NCBI RefSeq assembly: GCF_041146345.1
Contig: NW_027191415.1
Location: 992,001 to 1,056,000, forward strand
Reading direction: 5' to 3'
Length of the DNA stretch: 64,000 nucleotides
Source of the DNA: Neodothiora populina
Lineage: Eukaryota
A model generated the notes under the pieces. The model had not been told where the DNA came from and did not search any database. It saw nothing but the letters and a program-made list of their open reading frames with translations. Below, in pieces: positions 13,325 to 25,598 of the stretch. The first letter of the stretch is position 1, and each line of letters begins with the position of its first letter. The position numbers and the translations under genes were made by a program.

Positions 13325-14904
13325 ATGCGCTTGAGAAATTCGGGAAAAGGTCCCGCTGCTTCCCCTACCGGAGCCAGTAGCGACAATAACAATGGCGTGG
13401 AAATCGAGCACGACACTATCAAAGAGCCCAGTCGCAAGCGGATCAAGCTCAAATTTTCAGCCCCGAGTCCGAGTATGGCAGACTGTCATCTGACGCCAAT
13501 GATTGACCGTCCTAAAAGACAATCGGCAGGTCGCGTGAAATATGCCGATGGTATGACTGAGCAAGAATCATTAACAGATGAGATACTGTCGACCAAATCT
13601 CCAAAGTCGTCATCGACCAGATTGACCTCATCTTCACCTATGAGGCTCCCAGACCCACCCAAATCAATAATCGCTCCAGGGTTGAGTGCAGGGCCCTTGA
13701 CCAACCCCTTGGTGAAAACTACAACTACACCCGCTCGAATTCGACTTTCTGTGTCTGCTTCATGGGCTTCCCGTAATTCTTCATCTAATCCAGGAAACTC
13801 CACACCTTCGCGGAACGTCATGTCAAATCCGTCAGACAACCCCAAGGGATCTAGAATAACATTGAAAGGCCCCCGAAAGGTAGACTCTAGAGAGGTCATC
13901 GTGTCCAAGCTCCAAGCAGCTTGTCATGCTCTCAACGAACTCGGCATAGACGCAGGACCCCCTTCAAGCGATCTACCATCTTTGGAAACTACGCAGGGTG
14001 AGCGATGGATGTTTTGTACGAGTACGAAGCATGACTGACTGAGCTGATTCTCATAGGGTTAGAAGTTGACAGTCTTCTTTCTGCAGCTGCTGGGTCGAGC
14101 CCAAAAGCAGCGAATGGTGTCTCATCGTCTTTGATCGGTGAAGTTGATGAGCAGGTAATCGTCGTACTTGGTCATGCCATTGACGTTCTCGCAACGGCAA
14201 TGGCAAGCTCTGGAGAAGTTATGAGAGAGCAGCCTGCCATAACAGCACTTCAGGGGCTGTTGACTGGTGGCGCTCTGGATGTCAACTGTCTCATGTCTCC
14301 CGAACGAATCCATCTGAGGTGGCAGCTTTACAAGCAATTGCAGAACCTGTTGAAGATGCCCGACTACTTCGTTCGGGGAACCAATCACTTTCAATCATCA
14401 CAATCTCATCCTGAGCATGGCCTTGAGAGAGATCACTACTCACCTTCAAGGGCACGCCCTGTGTCACCTCACCAATTCATGCATCACCGTGAGATTGCCG
14501 CACAGCATCAGCATCAGAACGAGATTCCCATGACATCTCACGCCCATGGACCTTCAACGCAAGGTGTTCCACCGCATCAGTTCTTATTCCGGGAGAAGAG
14601 TCACTCGGCTGGAGTCCTGCCTTTACCACGCAGCGGCCAAAATATGACCCTCAACTTTAACCACTCTCACATGCGTCACATTGTATCGGAGATGCCGTTT
14701 GTAATGGCGCCGCCGCCATTACCCCAACTCACTATGGGAGCAGGCCTTGTCGGTGAGCCAGTCAATGGTTCATTCCCTATTGCAATTATCGTACCGGCAG
14801 TCTCCGAGGCAGAGGGCATGCCGCCGAGTAGAAGCGGTGCACGTCATGGTCATGTACCTGTCAAACAGCGTCCCATACACGAATACCCTGGTGCTGGAGA
14901 ATAG
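13325..14904 (+). CDS. Hypothetical low-complexity (Ser/Pro/His-rich) protein, possibly nuclear
   Basis: Two long ORFs (13325-14038 and 14131-14904) appear joined by an intron at ~13998-14057 (GTGAGC..CTGAT..TAG). Basic NLS-like KRIKLK. No recognisable domain. Confidence 0.55.
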
Positions 14905-15894
14905 TACTCTTCACTTCCACAACAACACCACATGTCCCCTTGGACGCACCCACATCTTTACATGCACTTTGTGGGTTCTCTGGAGCGTTTTCCACCATCT
15001 TCGAAGCAAGTCTACAGAGCTCCTTGGGGCCATGGAGAAGTACAAGGCGTAGCGCAGGCAGAGGATGACAGTGGATGAACCGTCGCGGAGGCCCAGTGCA
15101 AGTCAGAATGAGGCTCCTCTTTCCTAGCGTGGCTCAGGATCACGTATGCTGATGTCTTCTTGTAGAGCTCAATTAATGCTCAATCTATGACTTGTTCTCT
15201 CGATGGCTTGTGTCTGGTACCATCACATTTTCGAGAGGACGGAGCATACGACGTGCAAGCATCATGGAAGTTGGGAAAAGGATTTGGAGGGAAGGAGAGC
15301 ACAGAGGTCTCGGATGATTCAATCACTGTCTGCAGGTGACCTCATGGATTAGTCTCTGCTAGACGCTGTTCATGCTCGAGCGACGGCGTATTCTGGTTTT
15401 CATTTCTTTGTTTTACAGTAGCATCATATCATGTAGCAGATACCACTCGTCGAATACCTACAGAAGCTGATGGCCCGCCCCCAGGTAGGCGCATGAGCAC
15501 CAGCTGGACTAAACACCTACAAACAGTGCGTACATTGTATGCGCCTACCCTCAAGTGCTCACTGATTACCTTGATGATCAACAGAAAGCTACCATAATGT
15601 CTGCACAATTCTGTACCGAAGCTTTGACTTTGGTGATGTAAGGAGACTCAGTCGACGAAAGCGCCGAAGAACCGAAAGAACCGGGGTAGAAGAAACGCGC
15701 CAAGACGTTTTGAGAAGGACGCGCGCACGGGCAAGAGATGGATTGACGGCAACGGTTTGTTTGTAAACAGACCAGACCCTGGACATCTTCTGCTTTTCTA
15801 TTTATCCGTCTATCTTCTTATTATATTTGGTCCAGCGCAACATTGCTATCTCTGCAATGCTTATTGGATACACGACTCGAGAAGCATACTGAAG

Positions 15895-18800
15895 ATGGTT
15901 TCCACTCGATCCATGGCCAACAAGGCTAGCCCGGAGGAGCTAGAAGACACAACATTGAGTCTCAGGAAGAAGCCTGTGCGTCGCGCAACGGCAAAGGCTA
16001 CCACACAATCCACATCATCATCAACAACGAAACAGACACAACAACCACGTGCAGAGTCAAGGTCATCGTCTAATAAAGCATCTGAGTCAAAGCCAGCAAC
16101 ACGAAATACGCGAAAGGCTGTCGAAAGCCATGCAACAACAAACAAAGAGCCCTCGAAGAAACCCACAAGGACGACGAGGAAAGCTGTCGAGCCAATGCAG
16201 CAGGCACAAGCCAAGCCGCAACCTCTGTCTCCTAAGAAGATCACTCAGGTAGCCAAAGCTGAGCCTGCTGTGACGACGCGAGAAATGGATGTCAAGAAGC
16301 CTGTCGCGTCTGTAGCGGGCCGTCCCAAAAGGCCACTCAAGCCGTCAACAGCCTCGACAACCACTTCGCAGCAGAAGAGACCGGCTGCTTCGAAGACGGC
16401 CACGACCCCTGTGGCAAGAAAGGGAAGATCACGCAGGGTGCCTGTCGCCAGTGATGGTGACGAGGTGGATACGATCAGGGTTACGCCGAACAGACATCTA
16501 GACCTTGAGATAGAGGAGACGGAAACCGATCAAGATCATCATGAAGTGAGCGAGGTTCCGGATGCATCAGAGAACAGCGACGAAGAGGAAGAACTTGAAG
16601 TCGGGGCGGAAGCAGAGTCCACGGAACCACACACCGAGGTTCTGGTAGAGCAGGTGGCGGAATGTAGCATCGAGGAGCCTACTGACGAAGAGCAACCGGT
16701 CGCTGCGAATGAGTCAAGCTCCGAAGACGAGATTTGTGGTGCTGCAACGCCTATGCGTCGAGGATGGACTCCGAAAAAGACATCTGCTACACCCACATCC
16801 GTTCCCGCGACTAATGGCCTACAAACTCCAGCTCGCCGATTAATGCTTGGTACACGTGGTCGAACACCACAAACTCAGGGAGTTCCAGCGAGGATGCCTC
16901 AGTCCTCTGCACCGCAAATTCCCATGTCTGTTTCGCGTGCAGCGTCAAGACCAGTGGTGTTTCGTCCGTTGCCTAAACCAGAAGACAACGCGAATACGGT
17001 GAGAAGAAGCCCGTCGAAGCTGTCTCACGTTCCGGAAACAGATGTCGACGAGGACGAAGATCTAAATGAGGGCGAAATTTCGGGTACACACGAAGACAAC
17101 GACCAGACGGAGCTCGAGCCTGAGGACGACTCCGAGGACGAGCTGCAACACGACATCACAGAAATGGACAGCGACAACTCTCTACTGCTCGATGCTCCGA
17201 CAGATGATGCAGAGGAAAAGGACTACGAGGACGACTCTGCGCTTGTTTCCGACGAAGAAGAAGAGGACGAAACTGACATTGACCTTGGCAACGATGACGA
17301 ATCGCTCCCCCAACCTGGATTGAATGACGGACTGCTTCAATCATCCCCCGCCCCTGCCGCACCCGTGAGTGCGATGGATGTAGACGACGATATCACCATG
17401 TCTGATGTGCAATCGTCTCCTCCTCCAACTCCATTAGTCTCAACTACACCACGAGTAGGTGCGGAACCCGAGTCTTCTCCTGCCCCTTCAACGCCAGGAT
17501 CAGTGATAGTGCACCGCGTTGCCGAAGCTGAGACACCGACTCAGGACTTTCCTGCACCTGTTCAAGACGCCTCATTTTCTGGGTACCTGGACCACGTCAC
17601 ACCTCACCCCACTCACCGCGTCTCGTTCAACACTGCAAATGCTCGTATGTTGCAAACACCTCACATGAGGGCTTTCCGAGAGTCTAACGTCCTCGCCGAT
17701 CAAGCTCGTATCTCAGAGGCATCACAAACAGGTGACGCTGCTCCCCGTCTCTCCGACTTTATTGACCCAACTCTTCTATCAAATCACGAAGAGGCGTTTG
17801 ATCTTGCTTGGGAGGCAGACATGCTGGCAGACGTCGCTCCAGGGGACATCTATCCTACCATGGCTGCTCAATCAGCGACGATGACACCTGCAGCAAAGTT
17901 GCCTGGACAAACCAGTATTGCATGGGATGGCGCCACTGACAGTGCTCGTCTCAGTCTTATGGTCGAAAAGCTGGTCATCCAGCCGGCCGACTACATGATC
18001 ACCTCTCCTGGTGGCTATGGAAGCTCTGTTCTGGCAGACAACGTGTCGCAACTGCAATCGCAATCGATCCTACAAGCAGCGGTCAACTCTGCAGATGATG
18101 TTACAATGCGAGACGCAAGTCATCCTGTCACCTCAGGCCTCGTGGAGTTTGCGTCGACGTCCGAGCAGGGAGTTCCTACGAACAAGGAGACCGTCCTCGA
18201 CCAAATTGACGAGCAGGAAGTGCCATACCAAGTGGCGCAAGATGGTTTATACTCCACCCCTACCGTTCCACGTTATGCCCGTGCAACTGTGTCCTCGACG
18301 ACCCGTTCACGTAGCAAGTCGATGACTGTCATGCCTGTTGCTACACCGCAAAGCCTTGGGAGGCGCCCACACACTGCAAATACTGACAGCAAGCCAAGGA
18401 GTAGTGAATCATTCGCCATATACCTGAGTGGAAGTCAGTTCAGATTGACAACATCAACGCCAAGCAAAATTGAAGCGGAGGTTGATTCCAAACCTGTCCG
18501 GACAGTGCGCATCGCTACGCCAAAGTATACGGTAGCGGGGACATCTACACCCAGAGACTCTAGATTACGACCTCGCCATGCTCGTGTCAGTGCTGTCACA
18601 CAAGAACACTCACGAGCGAGTCCTCAGCCAACCACTCCTGAGTCAAGTGTTGCAGGGCCAAAGCCACGCAAGTACACCCCGTCTACGGCAAGCAAATCGC
18701 TACCAAAGACCCCACGAGCAGCCCCTAAGACGCCAATGAAGACACCTCTCAAGGCCCCTGGCGCAACCCCGGCTGCGTTCCCAATGACGCCTCATCCAAG

Positions 18801-19584
18801 CCAGCCTCTTCGAACCGTCACGGCGCTTGTCGAAGTCTTTACCCTCGATGGGTCCTCTGCGTCTGGTCCATTCATTGCACTCTTGCAGCGTCTGGGTGCA
18901 CGAACAACCAAGACATGGAGTGATCGTGTAACCCATGTAATCTTCAAGGATGGCTCGCCGGCGACCCTGCAGAAAGTCAGGCTCTCAAACAAGGAGCATC
19001 ATTCCTCGAATGAAGGGCATGAGATGTTCTGTGTCAACAGCCGCTGGGTGACTGACTGTGACAAGGACGGCAAGAAGATGGATGAGCGAAGCGAAGAGTA
19101 TGCCGTCGACGTCGACGACATCGGCACCAAATCCCAGGCTGCTGGTCGTCACAGGCGTAGAAAGAGCATGGAGCCCGCAGCGCTTCAGAACATCGACGGC
19201 AACGTCATCGCTTCGGAGACCGGCAGCGTGATGAAGTCCAAAAAGGCCAGTATCGGTCGCAAGAGCACGGCTCGGGAGTCGCTTGCCTCGACCTTCTGGG
19301 GCACACCGGGAATCTCTCCCTTGAAGGGTGCGATGCCGACGGCCACGCCATGGAAGGACACTCCACCTTCCGCACGTTTCGAGCAGGAGAACAACGGCGA
19401 CGAGAGCTTCTGGATCGAGAGCGAGGCTCCCACGCCCATCATGCCATCTGCTGGGTATATGAACCGCCAACAAGAGCTCGAGATGCTTCAGCGGACGGCG
19501 CCGGTGAACAGGATGAAGAAATTGAGATTGAAGGACGAGGCTGACGGTCGGAGACTGACGTTCCTCCACCAAGGAAACGAATAA
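15895..19584 (+). CDS. Large disordered protein with a C-terminal BRCT domain (microcephalin-type BRCT)
   Basis: Intronless ~1230-aa ORF from MVSTRSM with acidic and S/T-P-rich tracts. VEVFTLDGSSAS..LQRLGART..WSDRVTHVIFKDG..CVNSRWVTDC is a BRCT signature. Confidence 0.8.
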   Translation: MVSTRSMANKASPEELEDTTLSLRKKPVRRATAKATTQSTSSSTTKQTQQPRAESRSSSNKASESKPATRNTRKAVESHATTNKEPSKKPTRTTRKAVEPMQQAQAKPQPLSPKKITQVAKAEPAVTTREMDVKKPVASVAGRPKRPLKPSTASTTTSQQKRPAASKTATTPVARKGRSRRVPVASDGDEVDTIRVTPNRHLDLEIEETETDQDHHEVSEVPDASENSDEEEELEVGAEAESTEPHTEVLVEQVAECSIEEPTDEEQPVAANESSSEDEICGAATPMRRGWTPKKTSATPTSVPATNGLQTPARRLMLGTRGRTPQTQGVPARMPQSSAPQIPMSVSRAASRPVVFRPLPKPEDNANTVRRSPSKLSHVPETDVDEDEDLNEGEISGTHEDNDQTELEPEDDSEDELQHDITEMDSDNSLLLDAPTDDAEEKDYEDDSALVSDEEEEDETDIDLGNDDESLPQPGLNDGLLQSSPAPAAPVSAMDVDDDITMSDVQSSPPPTPLVSTTPRVGAEPESSPAPSTPGSVIVHRVAEAETPTQDFPAPVQDASFSGYLDHVTPHPTHRVSFNTANARMLQTPHMRAFRESNVLADQARISEASQTGDAAPRLSDFIDPTLLSNHEEAFDLAWEADMLADVAPGDIYPTMAAQSATMTPAAKLPGQTSIAWDGATDSARLSLMVEKLVIQPADYMITSPGGYGSSVLADNVSQLQSQSILQAAVNSADDVTMRDASHPVTSGLVEFASTSEQGVPTNKETVLDQIDEQEVPYQVAQDGLYSTPTVPRYARATVSSTTRSRSKSMTVMPVATPQSLGRRPHTANTDSKPRSSESFAIYLSGSQFRLTTSTPSKIEAEVDSKPVRTVRIATPKYTVAGTSTPRDSRLRPRHARVSAVTQEHSRASPQPTTPESSVAGPKPRKYTPSTASKSLPKTPRAAPKTPMKTPLKAPGATPAAFPMTPHPSQPLRTVTALVEVFTLDGSSASGPFIALLQRLGARTTKTWSDRVTHVIFKDGSPATLQKVRLSNKEHHSSNEGHEMFCVNSRWVTDCDKDGKKMDERSEEYAVDVDDIGTKSQAAGRHRRRKSMEPAALQNIDGNVIASETGSVMKSKKASIGRKSTARESLASTFWGTPGISPLKGAMPTATPWKDTPPSARFEQENNGDESFWIESEAPTPIMPSAGYMNRQQELEMLQRTAPVNRMKKLRLKDEADGRRLTFLHQGNE

Positions 19585-20450
19585 TCTGAAACGGTCGTTG
19601 TTTTGGCTATTGGAGTTTACGGTTGGGGTATTACTGCACCTTGAACCACGGGTCTATGCTTTGGATAGAAGTAGCAGCAGTTTTGGATTGGAGTTTTCGT
19701 TTGCAGTTCATCGCTATCTTTATTCTTCTTGTTCGCGATGATACCATATTTATAACTTTCATCAAGATTCTCCGTTCGCTAAAGATTTAAATTCACTCTC
19801 GTTGTGATACAATCGACTCAAGGACATGGAAGCATTTCTATAGGGATCATTGCGTGGAGGAAAACACATTGCACACATGCTTCGATGCGTGTTCCTTAAC
19901 TTCTGGACGGCATGTGTATCTGAGCACTCATCCTCGCACAGCTGCCGAACAAAAGGGATCCAGGAACCAATAGGTGTATGTACCGATACTGAACCTAGCC
20001 ATAAGCGCATGCATCATCGTTGGATGGGCTGACGAGAAGTACGGAGGTACCATCTCTCGGTTAGGCCTACGAATCCTTAGGGCGACTAGTCAGCCGTCGA
20101 CTTCCGAGATCTCCTTTGATCATACCACCAAGGTAAGATGGCATTGTGTCATGTAGGACAAGAGGGTTGAGTGAACGGTTTATTAGGGTATTCTTCACTT
20201 AAATGGCGGTTCTTGAGCTTTGTAGGCCGTAGGCCCTGAAACTCAATTGATGCCGCTGACGTCTACAACGCTGCTATAGTACAGTGTTCTACAAGTACAT
20301 GATATTCAGTCTCATTCCTTAGGTGGTTGCTCATTCACCGCTCTCACTCTTCTCTTTCACTTGTCCTTGTGTCTGCTGTAGACAGTAAGCCACGCTCTAT
20401 TCCTCCACCACCTAGCAACATCTTCAGCTCCACATGCAAAGAACACAACA

Positions 20451-21004
20451 ATGTCCTTCAAAACCAACACGCCCTTGCACCCCTCCTTCGACAAAGACGT
20501 GCGCGACGCCCATCTAATCTACGACTACGACGCCAGCAACCCAGAGACCGGCGAGCCCGAGAAATGGCGCTACGAGATGTGGTTCGTGTCGCCGGAGCGC
20601 ATCGTCTACGCCATCCACGGCGGTCCTATGGCGGGGCGGTATAACTACCAGACGTGCCAGTTCCAGTGCGTGCGGCCGGGAGAGATCTGGCAGTGTAATT
20701 GGCTCGAGGAGACGGGCACGATTTGCTCGTTGGTGTGGGATATCAAGGAGAAGACCATCACGACGTTGTTGGGGTTCTCCAAGGGCCATTGGGATTATCC
20801 TGGTATGTTTCTTTGCTTCTTTCGCTTCCAATGTCAGAATGGATACGATATACGCCCAACCGGAGATGTGGTTCAAGTCTCCGGCTTTCTCATCGGGACA
20901 CTGGCTGACGCTCCTTCAGAAAAGGCACATGGCGACAAGCGGAACCCGGAAGACTTCAAGCGGGTGACTTGAAGCCCATCGATCTTGAGGCTCCTACTTT
21001 GTAA
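20451..21004 (+). pseudogene. Phenolic acid decarboxylase (PadC/PAD family), apparently disrupted by an internal deletion plus frameshift
   Basis: KWRYEMWF, YAIHGGPMAGR, WQCNWLEETGT and GFSKGHW. Intron 20803-20919. The main frame stops at EDFKRVT* (20972), while a typical C-terminus GDLKPIDLEAPTL* lies in a shifted frame at 20963-21004. Confidence 0.75.
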
Positions 21005-22360
21005 TGTATCAGAGTATATTGACATGAGAACAAGTATCAAATCAATCTCCTCCTTCACGACGACGCCGTAATGGAGGAATAGATATGACGAGGGTATCAA
21101 TTGCAGTCTGTAATATTACCCAGATGAAGTCAAGGAGCTTGACCTTGGAGTTCTTTCTGAAGCATTTCTCTAGTTCCATCAAGGATTCGACCTTACCTAA
21201 TGGAAGGCGATTGCTGGCTCTGGACCCCCGAGTTGCTCTCACAAAAACCACAGTCCATGTTTACCGGCTATCTTGCCTACGAATCGAACGTAGCTACCCA
21301 GGATGCATACCTGTTTTGAGAAGGCTGGATGGATTCAAACCTCCGGCAGACCTGAGGGGGCCGGGACTCGAGTAGTCAGTGTTTATAGTCAAGGATCTTT
21401 GCCTCTTCCCTAGAAAGGGGTAGAGCATCAAATCTCACCACACTACCTCTATACAAGTAGTTATTCAGCAGCCTTTAACAATGTATCAATGTCCAACAGG
21501 TGCTCCACTAAAGCTGCTGACGGTATGCTGCCAGCTCAATACATACAAGTGGTGGTCAAAGATGCCTCGCGTCTACTTGTCCCCGTGGTATCTAGAAGCT
21601 GATGAGACCACTCATTATCAAGACACTCGCTTTTGATCCAAGACCGGCATTCTGGATGCAACATAACCTTCGATGGAACGGTATCAGAGCGCGCGGGGCT
21701 AGCTACCTTGGGCTAGCCTAGTGCTGCCCGCATAGTCGATGCGATGATATCAACGATTGATGCGGAAGGTTGCTAGTGGACCTTCTACGTCACTCCCGTA
21801 CTCTCGCCCAAGTGCGACACATCAGTCATATTACTATCCTTGTGACGATTCACGGAAGCCAGAGGTCGTGCAGCGGAGTCAAGAGCTCGCCTGCTGCATT
21901 GGTTAATGCAGGAAGACAAAAGGACCAATAATTCCGAAAGGGCAGAAATTCTAAAGGATACTCTCACGATCTGACGCAGTGAGCAAGCTTAGAGTCGCCA
22001 TTGGAACATTCGCCTTGCTGATGCTACATATACATAAGGAACAGTTAGGATGAAATGTGGGTGTTTGGAGATGCTTGTCGCGTGGGTATGGGACTGCTTC
22101 TGGTAATACATGACGGAAGTGGGGTCAACCACCATAGTTTTTCAATCGAGGAAGGAGCCGACCGTAGTACTGGCTGATACCAGTACTAAAAAACTCGGAG
22201 AAGAGTCAAAGGATCTCGACCGGACAGATCAAACCCCAAACGCAACTGCGATGCCAGCTGCGATCTGACGACGAACAACACTGTGAGGCTCAAAAGCATT
22301 GTGATGGGACAGCGTCCTGGGAGATATGTTGACTAGAAAAGTTGACGATTCCAGAAAATC

Positions 22361-22442
22361 GGGCGCATGGTCTAGGGGTATGATTCTCCCTTCGCACTTA
22401 TAGAATTGGGAGAGGTCCTGGGTTCAATTCCCAGTGCGTCCA
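22361..22442 (+). tRNA. tRNA-Ala (anticodon CGC) with a 10-nt intron
   Basis: Acceptor stem GGGCGCA/TGCGTCC has the Ala-specific G3:U70 pair. Anticodon stem CTCCC/GGGAG with loop TT-CGC-A, intron 22397-22406, T-loop GGTTCAATTCC, and a short T-run downstream. Confidence 0.92.
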
Positions 22443-22779
22443 TTCCTTTTGCTGATCTGTCTTTGCGCGCATGTCGAAGGGCTATCGCGAGGTTTCATAT
22501 CGTTTTGACGAAGGAGATAGTCTACCTGAGGAAAATGAAGGCAAGTGAGAGCAATAAGGTATGATACAAGTCCCACAAAGGTGCAAGTAAGTGGACATAT
22601 ATGAGGCACAAGCACCTGAGGAATGAGAATCCGCTAATCCACCCCGGATTCATGACGTATCCGTATACAGAAGATAAACTCCAATTCCATCGCACGACAG
22701 CCATCCTATCTGCATGATGCGACCGAGCATACAAACCTGCTGTCCCTTTCCACGACTGGCCGATAGATCACATCTCCAA

Positions 22780-23647
22780 ATGGCTCCCATCCGGCGCTAC
22801 CTCCGCATCACAAAACATTCCGTGCTCGAAGTGCGCATCTATCTCGACAACCCAGCTCTGGCGCAATCATGGCTACTCAACTCTCGCGATCCCGTACTAC
22901 CGCGGATCATCGACTCTATACGACCGCTAGTCCTGCCGAAACTGAGAGAAGAAAACGAGAACTCGAAGCGTAAGAGCGGCAAGAAGAAGAAGGGCGTCAG
23001 AGATGTTGTTGTGCAAGGTTAGTTAGTAGTTGATTGCGCATCACGACGTGGATGGTTGGCCCTCTTACTGAGTCGATTTTGTGTTTATAGATGATTTTGA
23101 AGTCTCCATTTTCTTGACCGAAACATCGACGCATCATGCACTTCTCACGAAACAAAAGACTCTTACGGATAAGCCGCTACTGAAGAGCAATGCCAACAAG
23201 CTCACGAGTTGGGCCAACACGAGTGACAATCCGATTCACGTGGATGACGACAAGCCGCCTCAGATATTACAGGAAGAAGACGCCGAGGAAATCAGTCTCG
23301 ATCAAATCCCTGAAGCGAATGCTTCGCGCAGGAAGCGCGGCAAGAAGGAAGAGTCGATTTTTGTCAATTCAGATGATGAAGATGAGGGGCAAGAAGAGCC
23401 GTCTTCGAAACGCAAGAAAGTCACAGATGCCTCTGATCAAGGTCCTACTGATGACAAAAAGAAGCTGAGCTTCAAGACTGCATATGAGGGTTTCAGTATT
23501 TATGGCCGAATTTTGTGTCTTATCGTCAAGCGCCGCGGGATCAAGAAGCTAGCCACAGATGCGCCTGCTTCGGGAAGTGAGATGCTTGAGAACTGGGTCA
23601 GCACACAGGCTCAGAACGACGGTTTACTTGACGACGACGACCGTTGA
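22780..23647 (+). CDS. Conserved fungal hypothetical protein
   Basis: MAPIRRYLRITKHSVLEVRIYLDNP...LVLPKLREE, an intron at ~23019-23090, then DDFEVSIFLTE...DDKKKLSFKTAYEGFSIYGRILCLIVKRRG. Confidence 0.8.
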
Positions 23648-23685
23648 GGCGAAATAACAGATGCAAGACTTTGAAATATGGACAT

Positions 23686-25200
23686 CTACATATGTCTTGA
23701 TGACTTTGAGACCTTTCCATCCGGTGGAGGAGAGGCACCGTCGTTTATGTCTCCTATCACCACGCCCAGAATCCAGCAATTTATGCCAAAGAAGAGCATG
23801 CTTGCAAGCCAGAGTCCTGGCACAAAGGTCGACTGTCCGAAAAACTCCAGGGACGCAGCTTGCTGGAGCCATACAGCCTGGTTGGATTTTAGATTGGATC
23901 ATTGATTCCAAATTAACAGAAGTTGAAAGACTGACCTGACCGACAACCCACAGACCCAGGGCAAGCCAACCCCGTTTCGGCTGACGGAGTAGGGAAGAAT
24001 CTGGAAGGTAGAAAGGTAGAAACACCATGTACCAGAGGAAATACTGTTATGAAGGAACAATGTCAGCAACAACGGACTACATGGTTGCAAAGTCGAGTGT
24101 GCCTACCTGGCTGGTGCAAACTTTGTTGAAGGTAACAAAAGCAAAAGTCTGAGCCAGCATAGTGCTCGCTAGATCCTTCTTCGCCAGCGCCAGAGGAATT
24201 GCGACGACGGATAGCAAAAGTTGTGGGACAAACGCCAGGGACTCGATGGCAAATCCTTCCGATGGCCCCATAGCAGACTTGAGATGTAGCAGAGTGTTGT
24301 AGACCGAGAAGTTATGGCGGTGATCGATGCGGATGAGGTGGTAGGAGTAGCTGTGTTGCACGAATTCCAGACCGTAGCTGTCGCACCTTGTCAGCCTTCT
24401 CATTTCACAGTGACATATCTCACCAGAACTCACAAATTAAGCATGACAAAATTCAACCCCATGAAAGCAATGAGACTGAACAACGCAAGCTGCACACGCT
24501 TAGGATGCAGAAAGCCTCGAAGCAGCGACGACGAGCCACTACCGCCATCCCCACCATCCCAAGACCCCACGACCCGTCTATCCAACCACCAGAAAATACT
24601 GACAGCGTAAACAAACGGATATATCTTGAAATGCACGCCCAGCCCCAGCAGTAGCCCGGCAGCGACGACCCGCCCATTAAGCACGGCCCACAGCAGCGCA
24701 ACAACAATAACAGCAAGTAGCCCCTCCGAGCTGCCTCGCGTACTAATGTTCGCCACCATGGGATTCAGTAGCCAGATACTCGCATACTTGAGCGCTGGCT
24801 CCCTGCTCATCGGCGCACTCACCCCGCCACCTCTTAAAGTACCCTTCTCAGACCTCAAGGTCAAATAAATCAACCAACCCGTAAGCAAATCCCCCGCGCT
24901 GAAAACCACCTTCCCAAAGTCAAACCACCAGCCCCCAGCCCCTGCCCACGACGTCGGCAGCAGCAGCCACGCGAGCAGAGGCGTGTAGCGATAAGTCTCC
25001 CGAACATACGGGGACTGGCCGCGTGAGACTGCGCGGGCGGCGTCGGTGAAGACTAGGTAGTCTATGTCTGTGTATTTCAAGGGGGAGTGCGTGTCTTGGT
25101 AGCGGCCCCATAGTAGGAGGACTATGCGGAGGGCGGCCGCAGACGTGAAGACTAGGGAAGGGGAAGAGAAGAAGGTGGTAATAAGGGACGTGTTCTTCAT
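23686..25200 (-). CDS. GPI14: GPI mannosyltransferase 1 (PIG-M)
   Basis: KYTDIDYLVFTDAA, RETYRYTPLLAW, NPMVANISTRGSSEG, HFKIYP, DHRHNFS and FNKVCTSQYFLWY. Three introns. Confidence 0.95.
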
Positions 25201-25598
25201 TTTCGGGGATTTCTATTGGTCTCCTGGTTGGAGAGATGGGATTTTTTTGCTTGTGCAGTCGGGTATTTGCTAAAACATTTTTGTTATTGTTTGATTATGC
25301 ATCATGGGGTGGTTTATCTTGTTCGAAGGGGGGCGTCGTTACACTACAAAATACAGGTTGGAGGTGGATCATGTAAAGTCTTGGCATTGGATTTCATGAT
25401 GCACATTAGTGAGACGTGTATTGCATTGTTTTCTACATGAAATGAACGATATCAATTGTAGCAGTGAACGGACAAGTTGCAAGAGAAGAACAGTCGTCGA
25501 AGAGTGATGATCAGCGTCAAGGATTAGGTAGCCAGGACAAGCCCACCATAGTACTAAAGCGGAAGACATCCATAGTATATGCGGCGTCCAGTATAGTT

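Noticed and set aside
15757..15894. N-terminal extensions from TTG/GTG starts in the ORF track (also at 2194, 10266, 38428 and 49985)
   Set aside because: This is a eukaryotic locus, and downstream ATGs give more plausible starts.
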